Of a stretch of 64,000 nt of DNA, positions 62,725 to 64,000 are shown piece after piece. The notes beneath the pieces are model-generated. The model had not been told where the DNA came from, ran no database searches, and worked only from the letters and a program-made list of their open reading frames with translations. This DNA comes from Narcine bancroftii (taxonomy: Eukaryota), in the NCBI RefSeq assembly GCF_036971445.1, contig NC_091472.1:63736001-63800000 (forward strand). Reading direction: 5' to 3'. A program made the translations under genes and the position numbers. Every line of letters begins with the position of its first letter. Positions within the stretch are counted from its first letter, which is position 1.

Positions 62725-64000
62725 TCACACAATCTGCTGGAAGAACTCAAGTGGGCTGAACAGCATCATTGGGAGAAAAAGGAAGACAACTTTGCAGGTC
62801 TGAATCAGGATTAAGAGTGAAGAGGAGAAATGCCTGGTAATAATGAGGACAGGGTGGAGGGGTAGAACCATGGTCAGTCAGGGATTGATGGACCAGAGGG
62901 AGGTGAAGGATGATGGACAGAGGCAGTTGACTGGCAGATGCCAGATTGGGGGTGGGAGAGAAGCCATTGGATGAGGTGGAGGTAGATGATCAGTGTGAGA
63001 TGGGTGATAAGGAGGAACAAAAGATGCCAGTGCTGGAATCTGGTAAGATGAGACAATAGTGGTGTAATGAAACAACAGGTCAAGGATGGATAGGGCAATG
63101 AGGAAATGGGAAACAAGGTGTTGGATGTGGAGAGATGAGTGGATAAAGCGATTGGTCCCTGCAGAAGTCAGAAGGGTGGATGGGGTTGAAATGGTTGATG
63201 GTGGGTCTTGCAGAAATGGCAAAGGATGATGTACTGAGTGGAGAGGCTGGTGGGGTTAACAGCAAGGACCAGATAAACCCTATCTGTGTTCTGTTTGGAG
63301 GAAGATGGTGGGGGTGGGCAGAGAGCAGAATTCCAAGAAATGGAGGAAATAAAGGAGTTGACTCTTTTGACCATAGTAGAGGGGAAGCCATGAGTCTGTG
63401 GCCTAGTGTTATTTGGTGGGTCATAGTCCAGCGATAGGTATGAGGTTTCTGAGCATGGTCAGTCTGCCAGACCATAACACCACCACCTTTGATGACAAAA
63501 GAGTGGAGTGCTGAATTCTAAAGAAGTGAGAGGAGTGGCAAGGTGAGGCAGCAATTAGAAATGGAAAGGTCAAGAGGGGGTAAAAGAGGGGAGTTGTGGA
63601 GATATGAGAAATAATCATTGTTAGGGTTGTGGACTCTTGGCCAAAGAAATAGGAGATGGAGGAACAAGAGCTCAAATGATGACAGGCCCTTTCACGCTGA
63701 CACTTTCTCACCCACCTCCATCTTTGGTTCCTTTCTTTTGTACACCATTTTCCCTCTTTGGATTCTCTCTCATTGTACCTCTCTTGTCACTTTTTCTTAT
63801 CAGATTCCTGTACTGTAAGCTTTTGTCCCTGCCAATCACCATTTTCCTCCTCCTCTGCTTCTCTCTCCCTCCTGGCATCTGCTGGTCAGGTGTCCCTGTC
63901 TGTCACCTCTTCCTGGCCTAACAATGCCACACCCCTTTTCCCCAATCCTCATCATCCCTTCACCTTCTCAGTCCTGATGAAAGGTTCCTACCCGCAATGT
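62725..64000 (-). mobile_element. Penelope-like element relic with an inverted second terminal repeat (about 63690-64000, +)
   Basis: Minus-strand NTDRVYLVLAVNPTSLSTQYIILCHF and SDFCRDQSL (RT/GIY-YIG linker); terminus ctgctggaagaactca...cagcatc; the pyrimidine-rich UTR recurs in the opposite orientation. Confidence 0.8.
63968..64000 (+). ncRNA. Degenerate hammerhead ribozyme core in the Penelope terminal repeat, cut off by the window edge
   Basis: CTGATGA at 63974-63980, short imperfect stem II aggt-tcct-accc, then GCAA in place of GAAA. Confidence 0.45.

Overview
AT-rich vertebrate genomic DNA, dominated by transposable elements. The mix of CR1, Rex1/Babar, L1, RTE, Tx1, Penelope, Gypsy and SINE families points to a cartilaginous fish, probably a ray; this is an inference. 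One host gene is recognisable on the + strand: the last two coding exons of a CIMIP6 (C2orf73) orthologue at 20800-20915 and 24064-24141. Its upstream exons appear to lie before the window. Its last exon has an in-frame TGA followed by 64 open codons that still resemble the mammalian C-terminus. Most of the rest is decayed retroelements in three nests: 1.6-20.2 kb (Rex > L1 > L1, L1, RTE, Gypsy > Gypsy), 39-46 kb (tandem Tx1/Keno-like elements) and 48-61 kb (old LINEs with Rex, CR1, RTE and Gypsy insertions). The most notable structures are: a head-to-tail Keno-like array whose members start with U2 snRNA nt 1-36; a TSD-bounded RTE chimera carrying a foreign CpG-rich segment; a palindromic head-to-head CR1 pair; a Gypsy element with a self-complementary, non-tRNA primer site; and a Penelope element with inverted termini and a hammerhead relic. 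All family and gene calls come from recalled motifs, not database searches. TE boundaries without a stated TSD are approximate to tens of bases. No prokaryotic features such as CRISPR arrays or operons are present.
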